From Minisyncoccota bacterium (GTDB taxonomy: Bacteria; Patescibacteriota; Minisyncoccia; Phycocordibacterales; UBA9973): a stretch of DNA of 64,000 nucleotides. Shown piece by piece: positions 47,725-56,810 of this stretch. The stretch spans positions 136,058-200,057 of the forward strand of contig JARLIG010000009.1 in assembly GCA_031291825.1 (NCBI GenBank). The letters run 5' to 3'. The notes below the pieces were generated by a model. It was not told the DNA's origin, did not search any database, and was given only the letters and a program-made list of their open reading frames with translations. Position 1 is the stretch's first letter. Every line of letters begins with the position of its first letter. Position numbers and translations under genes: made by a program.

Positions 47725-48918
47725 TTATTGTATAACCACTGTTGTTCCTTGCTGCATACAAGGAGCCAAAAGAGCCAAATCATCATTCGTCATTCTAACG
47801 CATCCGTTGGTTGTTCCAAGGGTGTCACCTGCATTTCCGTGAAAACCTATCCCCCTGTTAACTCCATTGGAATCTGTTACACCAATATTAACAAATGCTG
47901 CTCCGAAATTATAGCCATTAGAAATAACAGCACTTCCATTGCTTCCCACGGTTTTACTACCCAATTTATAAGTTCCTACCGGGGTTTTTGCATCGCCGTC
48001 TGTTGCTGTTCCTGGTTGTGCTACACCTTTATAGCCAATATTTATAGGCACAGTAACACAAGTGAGACCCGCGCAAAAAGCTGCTGTCTGATTGGTTGTA
48101 TCTACTCCAATAGAGCTTAGTGATGAACAATTGTTTTGTGCAAAGGCAGCAACTCCAGCATCGGGGGCATTGGTTTTATATCCAGTTCCAACAGAAGATG
48201 TGGTCTGTTCACTGTTTGCCAAGGTTGCCTGGTCAGCAGCGTCCATTGTCGTAATATTCGCATTCGGTATTGATGGATCGGAATTAAGTATGTCTGGATT
48301 AATAGTATGTAAAATTGTCCAAGCGCCGAGAGCAAGGATGAGTCCAAACAAAGCATTTCGAATTCTTTCCTTTCCTGCCTCTTTACTGGAAACTAATTCA
48401 CTAGTCATGTATTCAATACCACCCATCAAAATCATTATGACTGCCAAAACTCCACAAATACCAATGAATACAGTTATCATTGGATTTAAATACCTACCCA
48501 AGCTGTTTGGCTGGGCTGTATTGGTGTTGGCATCAAAAAGAGGACCTACTTGAGGTAGTGGAGCTAGAAGATTGTAGTAACCTGTAAAACTGCCATTATT
48601 TCCAGGAGTTTGTAGGCTTTGGTCACAAGATGCTCTTGTTGTGCACTGTTGTGTTGCGCCATTAATTGTACAATCTCCATACGTATCAGGCGTGAATGAT
48701 TTTGCATCTCCCGTAGCAAGCTGCGGAGCACAATCACTTTCTGTTGTATTTTCTATGTAATCTTGACCATTAGCTCCAGGGCCATAATCACACTGACCTG
48801 TTGGGTCAGATTGAGTAGCTTGAGGACAGAATGACGACTGCGCATCTATTCTCACTGTCGAACCAAGGAGTCCAACCAAAGCAATCAGTATTAAAATATA
48901 AAATTTGAATTTTTTCAT
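47725..48918 (-). CDS. secreted Cys-rich protein with internal pilin-like hydrophobic hairpin and C-terminal L,D-transpeptidase (YkuD) domain
   Basis: Signal peptide, 8-Cys region, two hydrophobic helices (ITVFIGICGVLAVIMILMGG..ALFGLILALGAWTIL), and a C-terminal catalytic motif GFHGNAGDTLGTTNGCVRM (H..G...S/T.GC.R). Confidence 0.6.
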   Translation of the reverse strand: MKKFKFYILILIALVGLLGSTVRIDAQSSFCPQATQSDPTGQCDYGPGANGQDYIENTTESDCAPQLATGDAKSFTPDTYGDCTINGATQQCTTRASCDQSLQTPGNNGSFTGYYNLLAPLPQVGPLFDANTNTAQPNSLGRYLNPMITVFIGICGVLAVIMILMGGIEYMTSELVSSKEAGKERIRNALFGLILALGAWTILHTINPDILNSDPSIPNANITTMDAADQATLANSEQTTSSVGTGYKTNAPDAGVAAFAQNNCSSLSSIGVDTTNQTAAFCAGLTCVTVPINIGYKGVAQPGTATDGDAKTPVGTYKLGSKTVGSNGSAVISNGYNFGAAFVNIGVTDSNGVNRGIGFHGNAGDTLGTTNGCVRMTNDDLALLAPCMQQGTTVVIQ

Positions 48919-48922
48919 TTGT

Positions 48923-49909
48923 TTAAAAATTTACTACTATTTCTTTTGTGGCCGTATTCACGAGACTGTGAATGTTATCAACCTCGAGGCCTATCTGCGA
49001 TATTCCTGATTTCCCCGATTGTACTTGTAAAGGTAACATATTTTTGGTGTTATCGGGAACAGAAATTGACTGACCGTTGATAGACCAAGCAAAGGTTAAA
49101 AATGGAATTCTAATATCTGCGGGTGATATGAAATATGGTGCTGCGAGAACATTTTCGTCATTTGTTATTGTGGAGCCGTCAGAAAGTGCTTGCTCCCAGA
49201 TTGTTCCAAGATTTGGGTCGTTTTTATAAAATTCTATTTTTGGAGTTACTGTAGCTATGTTTAAACTGGCGGTTGCTGAATTTTGTTGGTCTATTGATGA
49301 TGCCGTGACGCTAACATTGTTTGAATTGTCTAAATAATCACTTGTGTAGGTATAATAATTTTTACCATAACCAGAATTGGATTGGTCGTTGGTATCGTCC
49401 AAACTCCAAGAATAAAGCATATTGTTTGGGTCAATAAAACTAGAACCACTTTTTATTTCTGGTATAGCTACCACTTTTACTTCGCTTTCAGGTGAGGGCA
49501 TGGATTTTCCCTCATAAAATGGTGGCACATAAGAACCGTCTGCCTCCCAAAGCAGTGTCATTATGGCGGGTTTTACTACAATTGTTTCATTTACATCACC
49601 ATCAGACAAGGCCAGAGTGGCAACCACAGTAGTTTGCTGACCCAAAGCTGGGGCTGTTAAAGAAAAAGATTTTTGACCAATTCCCGATAAAGAACTTTTA
49701 CCGTTGATAGACCAAGATATTAAAACACCATTTAAATCATCAACATAACTACTTAAAGTAATTGTTACATTACTGTTGGGAGTTGGATTTTCTGGAGATG
49801 TGGTTACCGATATGTCTGACGGGGAAGAAGCTTTTGCTTTATATGGTAAAATAACTCCCGCTACTGTAACTACTGCTATTAAAGATAATAATATAAACCT
49901 AAATTTCAT
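48923..49909 (-). CDS. secreted beta-rich hypothetical protein (two internal repeats)
   Basis: Signal peptide. Repeated segments centred on SWSINGKS / AWSINGQS. Confidence 0.4.
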   Translation of the reverse strand: MKFRFILLSLIAVVTVAGVILPYKAKASSPSDISVTTSPENPTPNSNVTITLSSYVDDLNGVLISWSINGKSSLSGIGQKSFSLTAPALGQQTTVVATLALSDGDVNETIVVKPAIMTLLWEADGSYVPPFYEGKSMPSPESEVKVVAIPEIKSGSSFIDPNNMLYSWSLDDTNDQSNSGYGKNYYTYTSDYLDNSNNVSVTASSIDQQNSATASLNIATVTPKIEFYKNDPNLGTIWEQALSDGSTITNDENVLAAPYFISPADIRIPFLTFAWSINGQSISVPDNTKNMLPLQVQSGKSGISQIGLEVDNIHSLVNTATKEIVVNF

Positions 49910-49961
49910 ACTCTAATTATATCATTTGCTAATGCCCAATGCCTAGAGCCCAAGGCCTGTA

Positions 49962-51860
49962 TTATTGTTTTTCCGCTACCTGCCCTGTCGCACCAGCGGT
50001 TTCGGCCGCTTCTTGCTCCTGCTTGGCTTTTTTGTTGGATAATATTTGTGAAGGGTCAGAAGTAATGATTTGGTCTTCCGTATAGGAAGAAATTATTTTT
50101 ATGGCGACATGTTTTAATCCAGCGAAAAAGATTCCTTCTCCCACGTTTGACTCCAAAAGCAAATATTTTTCTTCGTCTGTCAGGTTGAAAGTTTTCTGTA
50201 GAAGGTCAATCGTGGTTGGTGATTGTTTTAATAAAAGTTGAATGGAAGAGTTGGTGATAATAGGCACTCCATATGGAGATTTCATAAAGTCGGCTGCATC
50301 TTGGGTGATTGTAGAAAGACCTAAATAATATTTTCTACCTCTTTTGGCGATGGAATATAAAAAAGATGCGGTGTCTTCGGATTTCATCATCCACCAAGCC
50401 TCATCCACTACAAGCAAACGTTTTTTTAGATTTTTGCGTACCTCAGTCCAAATATAATGCATGATGATATACATTGCGACTGGCTTCAATTCATCTTCCA
50501 TGTCGCGCACGGAAAAGACTACGAATTTTTTATTAATATCAACATTAGATGGTCTATTTAAAAATGTCGCCCAAGAACCCCGGGTGTATTTTACCAACCT
50601 CTGTACCACAGAATCACTTCCATCCATTCCAGAGAGAACCATTTCAAAATCCGAAAGTAGTGGAGGTTCGATATTGGAAAAATCCGAATCAGGCGTGATA
50701 TCTTTCATCGCATAGGTTTCTGAAATCGCTCGGTCCACCATGGAGTCTTCTTCTGGAGTCAGCCCTCCCAACATCAATCGTAAAAGTCCGACCAAATTTA
50801 TGATGTTAGAACGCAAAACATCTTCGGCTGTCTCATCTTCGCGTGGTGCTGGCAAATCAAAAGGATTGATATGGTGGTCAGAAGAAAGAGAAATATTGAA
50901 ATATCTTCCGCCAACGGCTTCTGCTAAAAATTCATATTCTCTCTCTGGGTCGATGACGATGACGTCGGTATCAAACATCAGAGACCTTAGTATTTCCAAT
51001 TTTGTCGCGTAAGATTTTCCCGAACCAGACTTAGCAAAAGTTACAGAGTTATAATTTTCTAATGAGAATCTATCAAAAATAACCATACTAGAATTGTGTC
51101 TATTTATCCCATAAAGTATTCCTTTGTCTGAAGTTAAGTCTGAAGAAATAAATGGGAAAATACTAGAAAGTGGCTCCGAATTTAATTTTTGATGAATTCC
51201 GAGCAGGTCTGTTTCAATTGGGATAACGCTTTTAAAACCTTCTTCTTGTTGAAAAAGCGCTGGTTTTATATAGATAAGTCTGGATTCAAGAATTGATTTT
51301 ATTTCGTTTTCAATTTTAAAAAGTTCCATATCATTGTCTGCGTAGATGGTGATATAGACACCCACATCAAACATCTTTTCTTGTGCTTGTATTAAGTTAT
51401 CACGCAACCCTTCCAAGTCTTGATAAGCAGTATCCAGCATTGGGTCACGTACCATGCCTTTTGTTTCACGTACATTTATCTGACTCTGTACTTCCGCTAC
51501 CTTTTTTTGGAACTGGCGTAACATCAAGGATGTATCTATTGGATGAACAAAAATTGCAATATCAAAAACCTTATCTAGGTTAATGATTGGAGAGAACCAA
51601 TTGTCTGTCAAAAATCTTGGATAAGATATTATGAAAAATGTGCGGGCAATTTTTTCACCCAAATTTATGGATTTCGATTCAATTTTTAAAGCTGACGGCG
51701 CAATGACGTCTTGAAGTTCCAAGTTTGCGGACTCATAAATTTCTTCGGGCATTACTGCCATAGTCGAAGCCCTCGCTTCTCCCCCAGCTGTTTTCTTTTG
51801 CGGTTTAAATAATTTTTTAAAAAATTCCATCATAAAAATTAATTCGTAATTGTTATTCAA
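49962..51860 (-). CDS. VirB4/TraC-like type IV secretion ATPase, C-terminal (ATPase) portion
   Basis: Walker A AKSGSGKSYATK, Walker B LLVVDEAWWMM, VirB4-like arrangement. The TTG at 51860 overlaps the upstream ORF. The first ATG is at 51833. Confidence 0.6.
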   Translation of the reverse strand: MNNNYELIFMMEFFKKLFKPQKKTAGGEARASTMAVMPEEIYESANLELQDVIAPSALKIESKSINLGEKIARTFFIISYPRFLTDNWFSPIINLDKVFDIAIFVHPIDTSLMLRQFQKKVAEVQSQINVRETKGMVRDPMLDTAYQDLEGLRDNLIQAQEKMFDVGVYITIYADNDMELFKIENEIKSILESRLIYIKPALFQQEEGFKSVIPIETDLLGIHQKLNSEPLSSIFPFISSDLTSDKGILYGINRHNSSMVIFDRFSLENYNSVTFAKSGSGKSYATKLEILRSLMFDTDVIVIDPEREYEFLAEAVGGRYFNISLSSDHHINPFDLPAPREDETAEDVLRSNIINLVGLLRLMLGGLTPEEDSMVDRAISETYAMKDITPDSDFSNIEPPLLSDFEMVLSGMDGSDSVVQRLVKYTRGSWATFLNRPSNVDINKKFVVFSVRDMEDELKPVAMYIIMHYIWTEVRKNLKKRLLVVDEAWWMMKSEDTASFLYSIAKRGRKYYLGLSTITQDAADFMKSPYGVPIITNSSIQLLLKQSPTTIDLLQKTFNLTDEEKYLLLESNVGEGIFFAGLKHVAIKIISSYTEDQIITSDPSQILSNKKAKQEQEAAETAGATGQVAEKQ

Positions 51861-52494
51861 CCTTAATTTTCCCCTCCAACTCCCCTGGGTTGAAAACTTT
51901 ATAGAAAACTTCTACCACTTCTTCTGTTCCCAATTGAGCCGAATTAATTCCACAGCGTCCGAGACCTTGCTGAATCACAGACACTCTTTCTTCTAGCTGT
52001 GACCTTTTTTCTTCAAAATCAACTTGTTGCAAGGCTCGGGCTTCTTCTTTATTTTTTTTCTTGGAAAATATTTTATCAAAAAATCCAGCATCTGATTTTA
52101 AAACAGTGTGGGTGTAAGGTACCACTACAAAAAAACTTTTAGTCATGATACTGACTGTGTCGGTAAAATTTTTAATAAACTCTATGTATTCCTTGGTTTG
52201 CAATTTAAGCAATGGCTCTGTCTGTACTTTTAATCTATTTTCCAAGAGCAGTAAATAGGGTCTGATGTCTAATCTCCTTGATTGGATAGATATTTGGATT
52301 GGAAAATCCAGAGTGTTTAGAAAATTTTGAAATTGCAAAATAGTTGCTCTCTGCTCGTCCGTTGATTTCAGAGAAAGGTTGATTGAATTAGCCAGCACAA
52401 TCGCTCGAAGTTCCTCGTTTTTTAGAACGATGATTCCATCGCGTACTTCTTTGATTGGTATAAATTCTTGTGTTGCTTTTGCGTTTAAGGCCAT
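51853..52494 (-). CDS. VirB4-like N-terminal domain encoded as a separate ORF (split or frameshifted VirB4)
   Basis: The pattern ..IPIKEVRDGIIVLKNEELRAIVLANSINLSL.STDEQ.A resembles the N-terminus of VirB4/TrbE. It ends 8 bp into the next ORF, in a different frame. 213 + 632 aa is roughly a full VirB4. Confidence 0.5.
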   Translation of the reverse strand: MALNAKATQEFIPIKEVRDGIIVLKNEELRAIVLANSINLSLKSTDEQRATILQFQNFLNTLDFPIQISIQSRRLDIRPYLLLLENRLKVQTEPLLKLQTKEYIEFIKNFTDTVSIMTKSFFVVVPYTHTVLKSDAGFFDKIFSKKKNKEEARALQQVDFEEKRSQLEERVSVIQQGLGRCGINSAQLGTEEVVEVFYKVFNPGELEGKIKVE

Positions 52495-52500
52495 AGTGCT

Positions 52501-52616
52501 AGTTCATAAAGTTATAAAGTTCGTAAAGTATAAAGTAATTAGGTTTATAAAGTTGAATTAATTTAATTTGCATTGTATTTTCTTGATGTACTTGAAAAAC
52601 TTTTTACTTTATAACT
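52501..52616. repeat. AT-rich MITE-like element, copy B (agttcataaagtt ... actttttactttataact), inside the T4SS-like operon
   Basis: 13-mer and 18-mer termini identical to copy A at 44332-44401. Internal TAAAGT tandem motifs. Confidence 0.5.
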
Positions 52617-53076
52617 GACGTTTTTGATCTTTACTAAGATCTAAAACGTCTAAACTCCAAGCCAAGTCTCTTAATTTGCTCCCACTCAACCTTGCCTCAC
52701 CTTGAGACATCATTTTTATTTTATCTCCTTCGTTTTCCACAGACTGTCCAGCAGTCTTTTTCTTTACGACACTTTTTTTCCAAATATAAAGTCGGTCTTT
52801 TGCAAAAAACTTAAAACCCGATTCTAGAGTAAAAATTAAAGGTTTACCATTTGGACGATAAAAAGTAAGCGCAGCTGAAATTCCAGCCATTATCAATATT
52901 GGTATAGCTCCAACCAATAACCCGAGCCATTTAAATAAAACAAAACATATTCCAGCTCCGCCAGCCAAATAAGCAAACTCCTTAAATGTAAAGGGTCCGA
53001 AAATCTTATCTTCTATGTCTAAAAATTGTGGAACTTTGAATTGCATAAGAGAGGCCTCAGAACTATGAAAAGCCAA
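52609..53076 (-). CDS. small membrane protein with TM hairpin, VirB3-like (by topology and position upstream of VirB4)
   Basis: 155 aa. Hydrophobic hairpin FAYLAGGAGICFVLFKWLGLLVGAIPILIMAGISAALTFY. Immediately upstream of the VirB4 ORFs. Confidence 0.4.
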   Translation of the reverse strand: MAFHSSEASLMQFKVPQFLDIEDKIFGPFTFKEFAYLAGGAGICFVLFKWLGLLVGAIPILIMAGISAALTFYRPNGKPLIFTLESGFKFFAKDRLYIWKKSVVKKKTAGQSVENEGDKIKMMSQGEARLSGSKLRDLAWSLDVLDLSKDQKRQL

Positions 53077-53126
53077 TTTAATTATAACCTTAAAGCTTTA
53101 TTTTTCATAACCGCCAAGCACCTTTT

Positions 53127-53867
53127 CTATTCTATCGGTAAACGATAAGGGTCTCGGTTTTTTGCATAAGTTGCTGGCGTAGTTGCCCCGCCTGCTTCAG
53201 AAGCAGGGCGAGTTGGTTTTGTGATATTTTCCAAAGAGTGCTCGGTTTTCACTGTAGTCGTTTGTACTGGGACAGACAATTTTTGTGCCAAGATTGATGG
53301 AGCTGGAGGCTGTACCTTGCCGGTGATTTCCAGTTTCTCTAAGGTAGGTAAAACTTCCTCCTTGTTGATTTGAATCGGAGATATAGGTTTAGCACTTCCA
53401 TCCAGAATTTCAATACCGGCGGTGTTTAATATTTGCGCGTTATCTTTTTTTTCCTCTTCACTTTCGTTTGACAGTGGTGTTATAGAAACATTTTGACTAG
53501 AAGGTATTGTTTGTTCTTGTTTCGCAAGACTACTTTTTCTGTCTGTAGCTTTAATCATTTCTTCTTTTATCTTTGCAAAAACCTGCTCATTCATTTCCTT
53601 AACCAAATCATTGGACTGAGTTCTTGAAATCCTCATTCGCTTTTCAAGTTCTTTTGGATAGTCTTCCGGTCTTAATAACCCACAGAGTAATAATTCTGTT
53701 TCAGTTTCCAGGTCGCCGAGTTGTTCAAAACTATATCCCATTTTATCTCGCAACTTCAAAATGGTGCCTTTCCAGTCAACCGCATTAATTGCATTAAGCG
53801 TGTCTTCTGACAATTGAGATTTTGCCTTTTCTATTTTTATTTGCAAGAAATCTATATTTTCATCCAT
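53127..53867 (-). CDS. hypothetical protein, paralog A of a duplicated N-terminal domain
   Basis: Shares ..DW...L..K......L..ETE.LLL.GL..ED.. with the adjacent 159 aa ORF. Acidic, with no TM helices. Confidence 0.4.
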   Translation of the reverse strand: MDENIDFLQIKIEKAKSQLSEDTLNAINAVDWKGTILKLRDKMGYSFEQLGDLETETELLLCGLLRPEDYPKELEKRMRISRTQSNDLVKEMNEQVFAKIKEEMIKATDRKSSLAKQEQTIPSSQNVSITPLSNESEEEKKDNAQILNTAGIEILDGSAKPISPIQINKEEVLPTLEKLEITGKVQPPAPSILAQKLSVPVQTTTVKTEHSLENITKPTRPASEAGGATTPATYAKNRDPYRLPIE

Positions 53868-53881
53868 ACTTTTATTAAAGA

Positions 53882-54361
53882 TTACTTCTTAAAATTTTCT
53901 TCTTTCAGAGAAAAGACCGGGACCACTGGTTCTTCCTCTTCAACTGTTTCTTCTCTTGGTTCCAGAAAAGCGGAATAATCTCCGCCGGAGAGAACAAAAT
54001 TAATATTTTCCTCGGGTTTTGAATTTTTTATCTTGTCGCTTTGTTTAACTTTGTCTATCAGCAGGTCATTTATTGGTATAAATATTTTTTGAGTAATTTC
54101 TCCAGAGATTTTTTCCGCTTCATTCTTACTGGTGCCAACTTCAGACTCAATGTTGTCTATATATGAATCAATGTCTTCAATACCAGTTAAAATCAGAAGT
54201 GTTTCTACTTGAAGATTATTTATGTCATCTTTAGATAGTAAATATTTTTTACCGATTTCTTCCGTAAGTTTTACCCAGTCAAAAGAAGTCAAAACATCTT
54301 GTGTTTCCTTTGGTAGTTTTTCAATCTCTTTTTTAATTGTTGTTTTTAATTCATCTGTCAT
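53882..54361 (-). CDS. hypothetical protein, paralog B
   Basis: N-terminal domain similar to paralog A (FDWVKLTEEIGKK..LQVETLLILTGIEDID). Confidence 0.4.
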   Translation of the reverse strand: MTDELKTTIKKEIEKLPKETQDVLTSFDWVKLTEEIGKKYLLSKDDINNLQVETLLILTGIEDIDSYIDNIESEVGTSKNEAEKISGEITQKIFIPINDLLIDKVKQSDKIKNSKPEENINFVLSGGDYSAFLEPREETVEEEEPVVPVFSLKEENFKK

Positions 54362-54366
54362 AAATT

Positions 54367-56778
54367 TTAATGTCCCCCTCCATGTCCTCCTGCATCATGT
54401 CCACCTCCTCCACCATGGTCATCTTTTGCCGGTGCGGCGTGGGCATCTGGAGTTGGAGCATGTGCTACCGGCGCATGACTAGCAGCTTGACTAGCAGCTG
54501 CTGGTTTGGGTGCGGGGGTGTGTCCTCCTCCACTACCTCCTCCACCATGACCACTGTCTCCACCTCCGTGTCCTCCACCATGTTCTATTTTGGCATCGGT
54601 TCTAATCTTAAAGGCAGCTTCCCTGGCACCTCTGAAGCTGTGCTGTCCCATACTAAAGATAAAGTCTTTTGTTTGCGTTAATCCGCTTTCTACTGTGTGA
54701 GCATAAACGTGCTTTCTTCTTATATTTTCCATTTTTATTGCTCGAGCCGCATCTCTTTTCTGTTCTTCTAAGCCCTCAATACTTATACCAGTTCCTTTCT
54801 GTATTGCTGTGTTTCCAACACTGTCTGTAACCATGTAATCTGCACCCGATCTGAATTCTTTTTTACTTCGCTTCGCAAAATCATAATCACGGTTTGCTTG
54901 TGCTAGTTCTTCTCTTGCTGCTCCTTCTCCATCAGTACCCTTGGCGGCATTTAGTTTGTTGTTTGCAACACTCACTTCTTCTTTTTTCTTTTCAATTGCC
55001 TTATCAAGTTTTTCCATTACTTCTGAATTTTCACTTAGCAAGTCGTGCAAATCCGTTTCTGTTTTGTTTAAGTTCTGCTTTAATGTTTCGTCTTCTCCAA
55101 CCTCTATGCTCTTTGCTCTCTCTTGTCTCTTTGCTATTTGTTCTTTTCTTCTCTCTGTAAAGCCACCTTTTTGTGCTGTGCCCAAATTCAAACCAGTTGC
55201 GGATGCCAAAGTCTTTCCACCAATCTTTGCTGCACGTACATCAAAGCTTGCAGAACCGGCAGCCCCAGTTATTTTTCTAAATGCCTCACCTCCCCATCCT
55301 TTAGCTTCCCATTTCTTCGCAAAACCAGATTCAGAGATAGCTGCACCAGCTCGTCCGACAGTCGCTCGGCTTACAGCGGCCGCTCCACCCAAAGCTACTG
55401 TTGATGCTCCGCTTGTTGCAGCACCTAACGCAAGTCCACCCACAGCCTTGGCTGCCCCAATTGCCATTTCGCCAAGCTTGCCTGAACCATCGAGGGCAAA
55501 CTTTGTCGCTTTGAGAAGTAAAATCACAACAATCAATTCTGGAATTAAAATGGAAAGTAAGGTCACCATTATGCTTGAAGGATTTGGCGTGAGCAGGCTG
55601 CCAAACATATTTGAATGGACCAAGAGGAATATGAAATACATAAAGAACATAAAAATCGGCGCCATGAATGATGTCTTGAGCAAGCGCTTAAGCCACGCAT
55701 CCCAGCCGATATATTCAATATGTTCCAATACGGGCGTAGTGAAAGACATAAATGCAAAAGGCGAAAAGATGATCAAAATAAAGAGTTCAATCATACGGCT
55801 GATTAAACTAAACCCAGCCACAAAAAATGCATAGCAGGCAATCTCCATCAGCGTTCCAGCCAATATCATTATCCCAATTACTGTTCCAGCAGATGGCGGC
55901 TGCGGTTGTGGGGCTGGTTGCCCCACCACACCGATTGCTCCAGCATCACCAAAGAATGTCGGACTCAAAAGTGTCATTGGGTTAAAAGCATTAACTAACC
56001 CTCCAGCGATATCTCTTTCTCCGGCAACGCTTTCATAAGGTCTTGGGCTGCCATCTGCGTTCAAAGTAGTCACACTCATTTTATTATAAAAAATCAAAGC
56101 TAAAATATTTGAAGAATCAATCACCACTTCCGTGAAAAACATCGAGAAATTTATCAACAAGGCAATGATGATAACCTTTCCTATCATCTGCTTTGTGTCG
56201 TGTCCGCCAATACCTAAAATTAATCTGACAGCTATATAAAGCAAAATCAGAATGAAAAAGATATTAGAAAGGTCACGAACGACTGCCCAAGCTGTTGGCA
56301 AAAAAGTAGAGCCAGAATATATATTGCTGTAGAGAGTGATTGATGCTACGAAGTTGAAAAAGTAAGCGATGCAGAAAAGCAATAAACCTGGAAATGTAAT
56401 GAAAAGCCAATTACCAATTGCCAAACCGCAACCTGGCCAAATGGTAGCCTTGCTATTATCCGTAGTAATGCCCAATATGCCTATTCCACAACTGTTATTT
56501 GCAAGAAAATCGTTAAGGTCTTTACCTGGATTTGTTAAATTTGTTGATTGTTGCTGTAGCGTTGCATACGCGTTTGCCATAGTTTGTGTCGTAAACCATT
56601 GTCCGTGAATGGTGTTGCAATCCGTAAATGTATCAGCGCTTACTGTGTTTGTTGGAGAAACACACCATCCATTTTGTGTTTGCGCCTTAGCTTGTCTTGT
56701 CGGTATCAAGCCAAAAACTCCGACTAAAAAAATCAGTGCTAGGAGGTACGGGGTTATTTTTTTAATTTTTAAATTCAT
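54367..56778 (-). CDS. large polytopic membrane protein, VirB6/TrbL-like, with coiled-coil region and His/Gly-rich C-terminal tail
   Basis: Signal peptide, at least 8 TM helices in the first 460 aa, then a charged coiled coil. The C-terminus is GGGHGGGDSGHGGGGSGGGH...HGGGGGHDAGGHGGGH. Confidence 0.5.
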   Translation of the reverse strand: MNLKIKKITPYLLALIFLVGVFGLIPTRQAKAQTQNGWCVSPTNTVSADTFTDCNTIHGQWFTTQTMANAYATLQQQSTNLTNPGKDLNDFLANNSCGIGILGITTDNSKATIWPGCGLAIGNWLFITFPGLLLFCIAYFFNFVASITLYSNIYSGSTFLPTAWAVVRDLSNIFFILILLYIAVRLILGIGGHDTKQMIGKVIIIALLINFSMFFTEVVIDSSNILALIFYNKMSVTTLNADGSPRPYESVAGERDIAGGLVNAFNPMTLLSPTFFGDAGAIGVVGQPAPQPQPPSAGTVIGIMILAGTLMEIACYAFFVAGFSLISRMIELFILIIFSPFAFMSFTTPVLEHIEYIGWDAWLKRLLKTSFMAPIFMFFMYFIFLLVHSNMFGSLLTPNPSSIMVTLLSILIPELIVVILLLKATKFALDGSGKLGEMAIGAAKAVGGLALGAATSGASTVALGGAAAVSRATVGRAGAAISESGFAKKWEAKGWGGEAFRKITGAAGSASFDVRAAKIGGKTLASATGLNLGTAQKGGFTERRKEQIAKRQERAKSIEVGEDETLKQNLNKTETDLHDLLSENSEVMEKLDKAIEKKKEEVSVANNKLNAAKGTDGEGAAREELAQANRDYDFAKRSKKEFRSGADYMVTDSVGNTAIQKGTGISIEGLEEQKRDAARAIKMENIRRKHVYAHTVESGLTQTKDFIFSMGQHSFRGAREAAFKIRTDAKIEHGGGHGGGDSGHGGGGSGGGHTPAPKPAAASQAASHAPVAHAPTPDAHAAPAKDDHGGGGGHDAGGHGGGH

Positions 56779-56810
56779 TATTTTTCTTTCGCGAAAACCT
56801 TACTGTATTT

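Noticed and set aside
46299-47786. Upstream start at 47786 adding MMIWLFWLLVCSKEQQWLYNNF to the propeller protein
   Set aside because: The extension would precede a typical signal-anchor (MSKRNFILLMIVLIIAII). The internal ATG at 47720 is preferred.
54941-55834. 297-aa plus-strand ORF (and several 60-100 aa ORFs) inside the VirB6-like gene
   Set aside because: Antisense to a long, coherent membrane-protein gene. Low-complexity Ser/Leu/Phe-rich translation typical of antisense GC-rich repeats.
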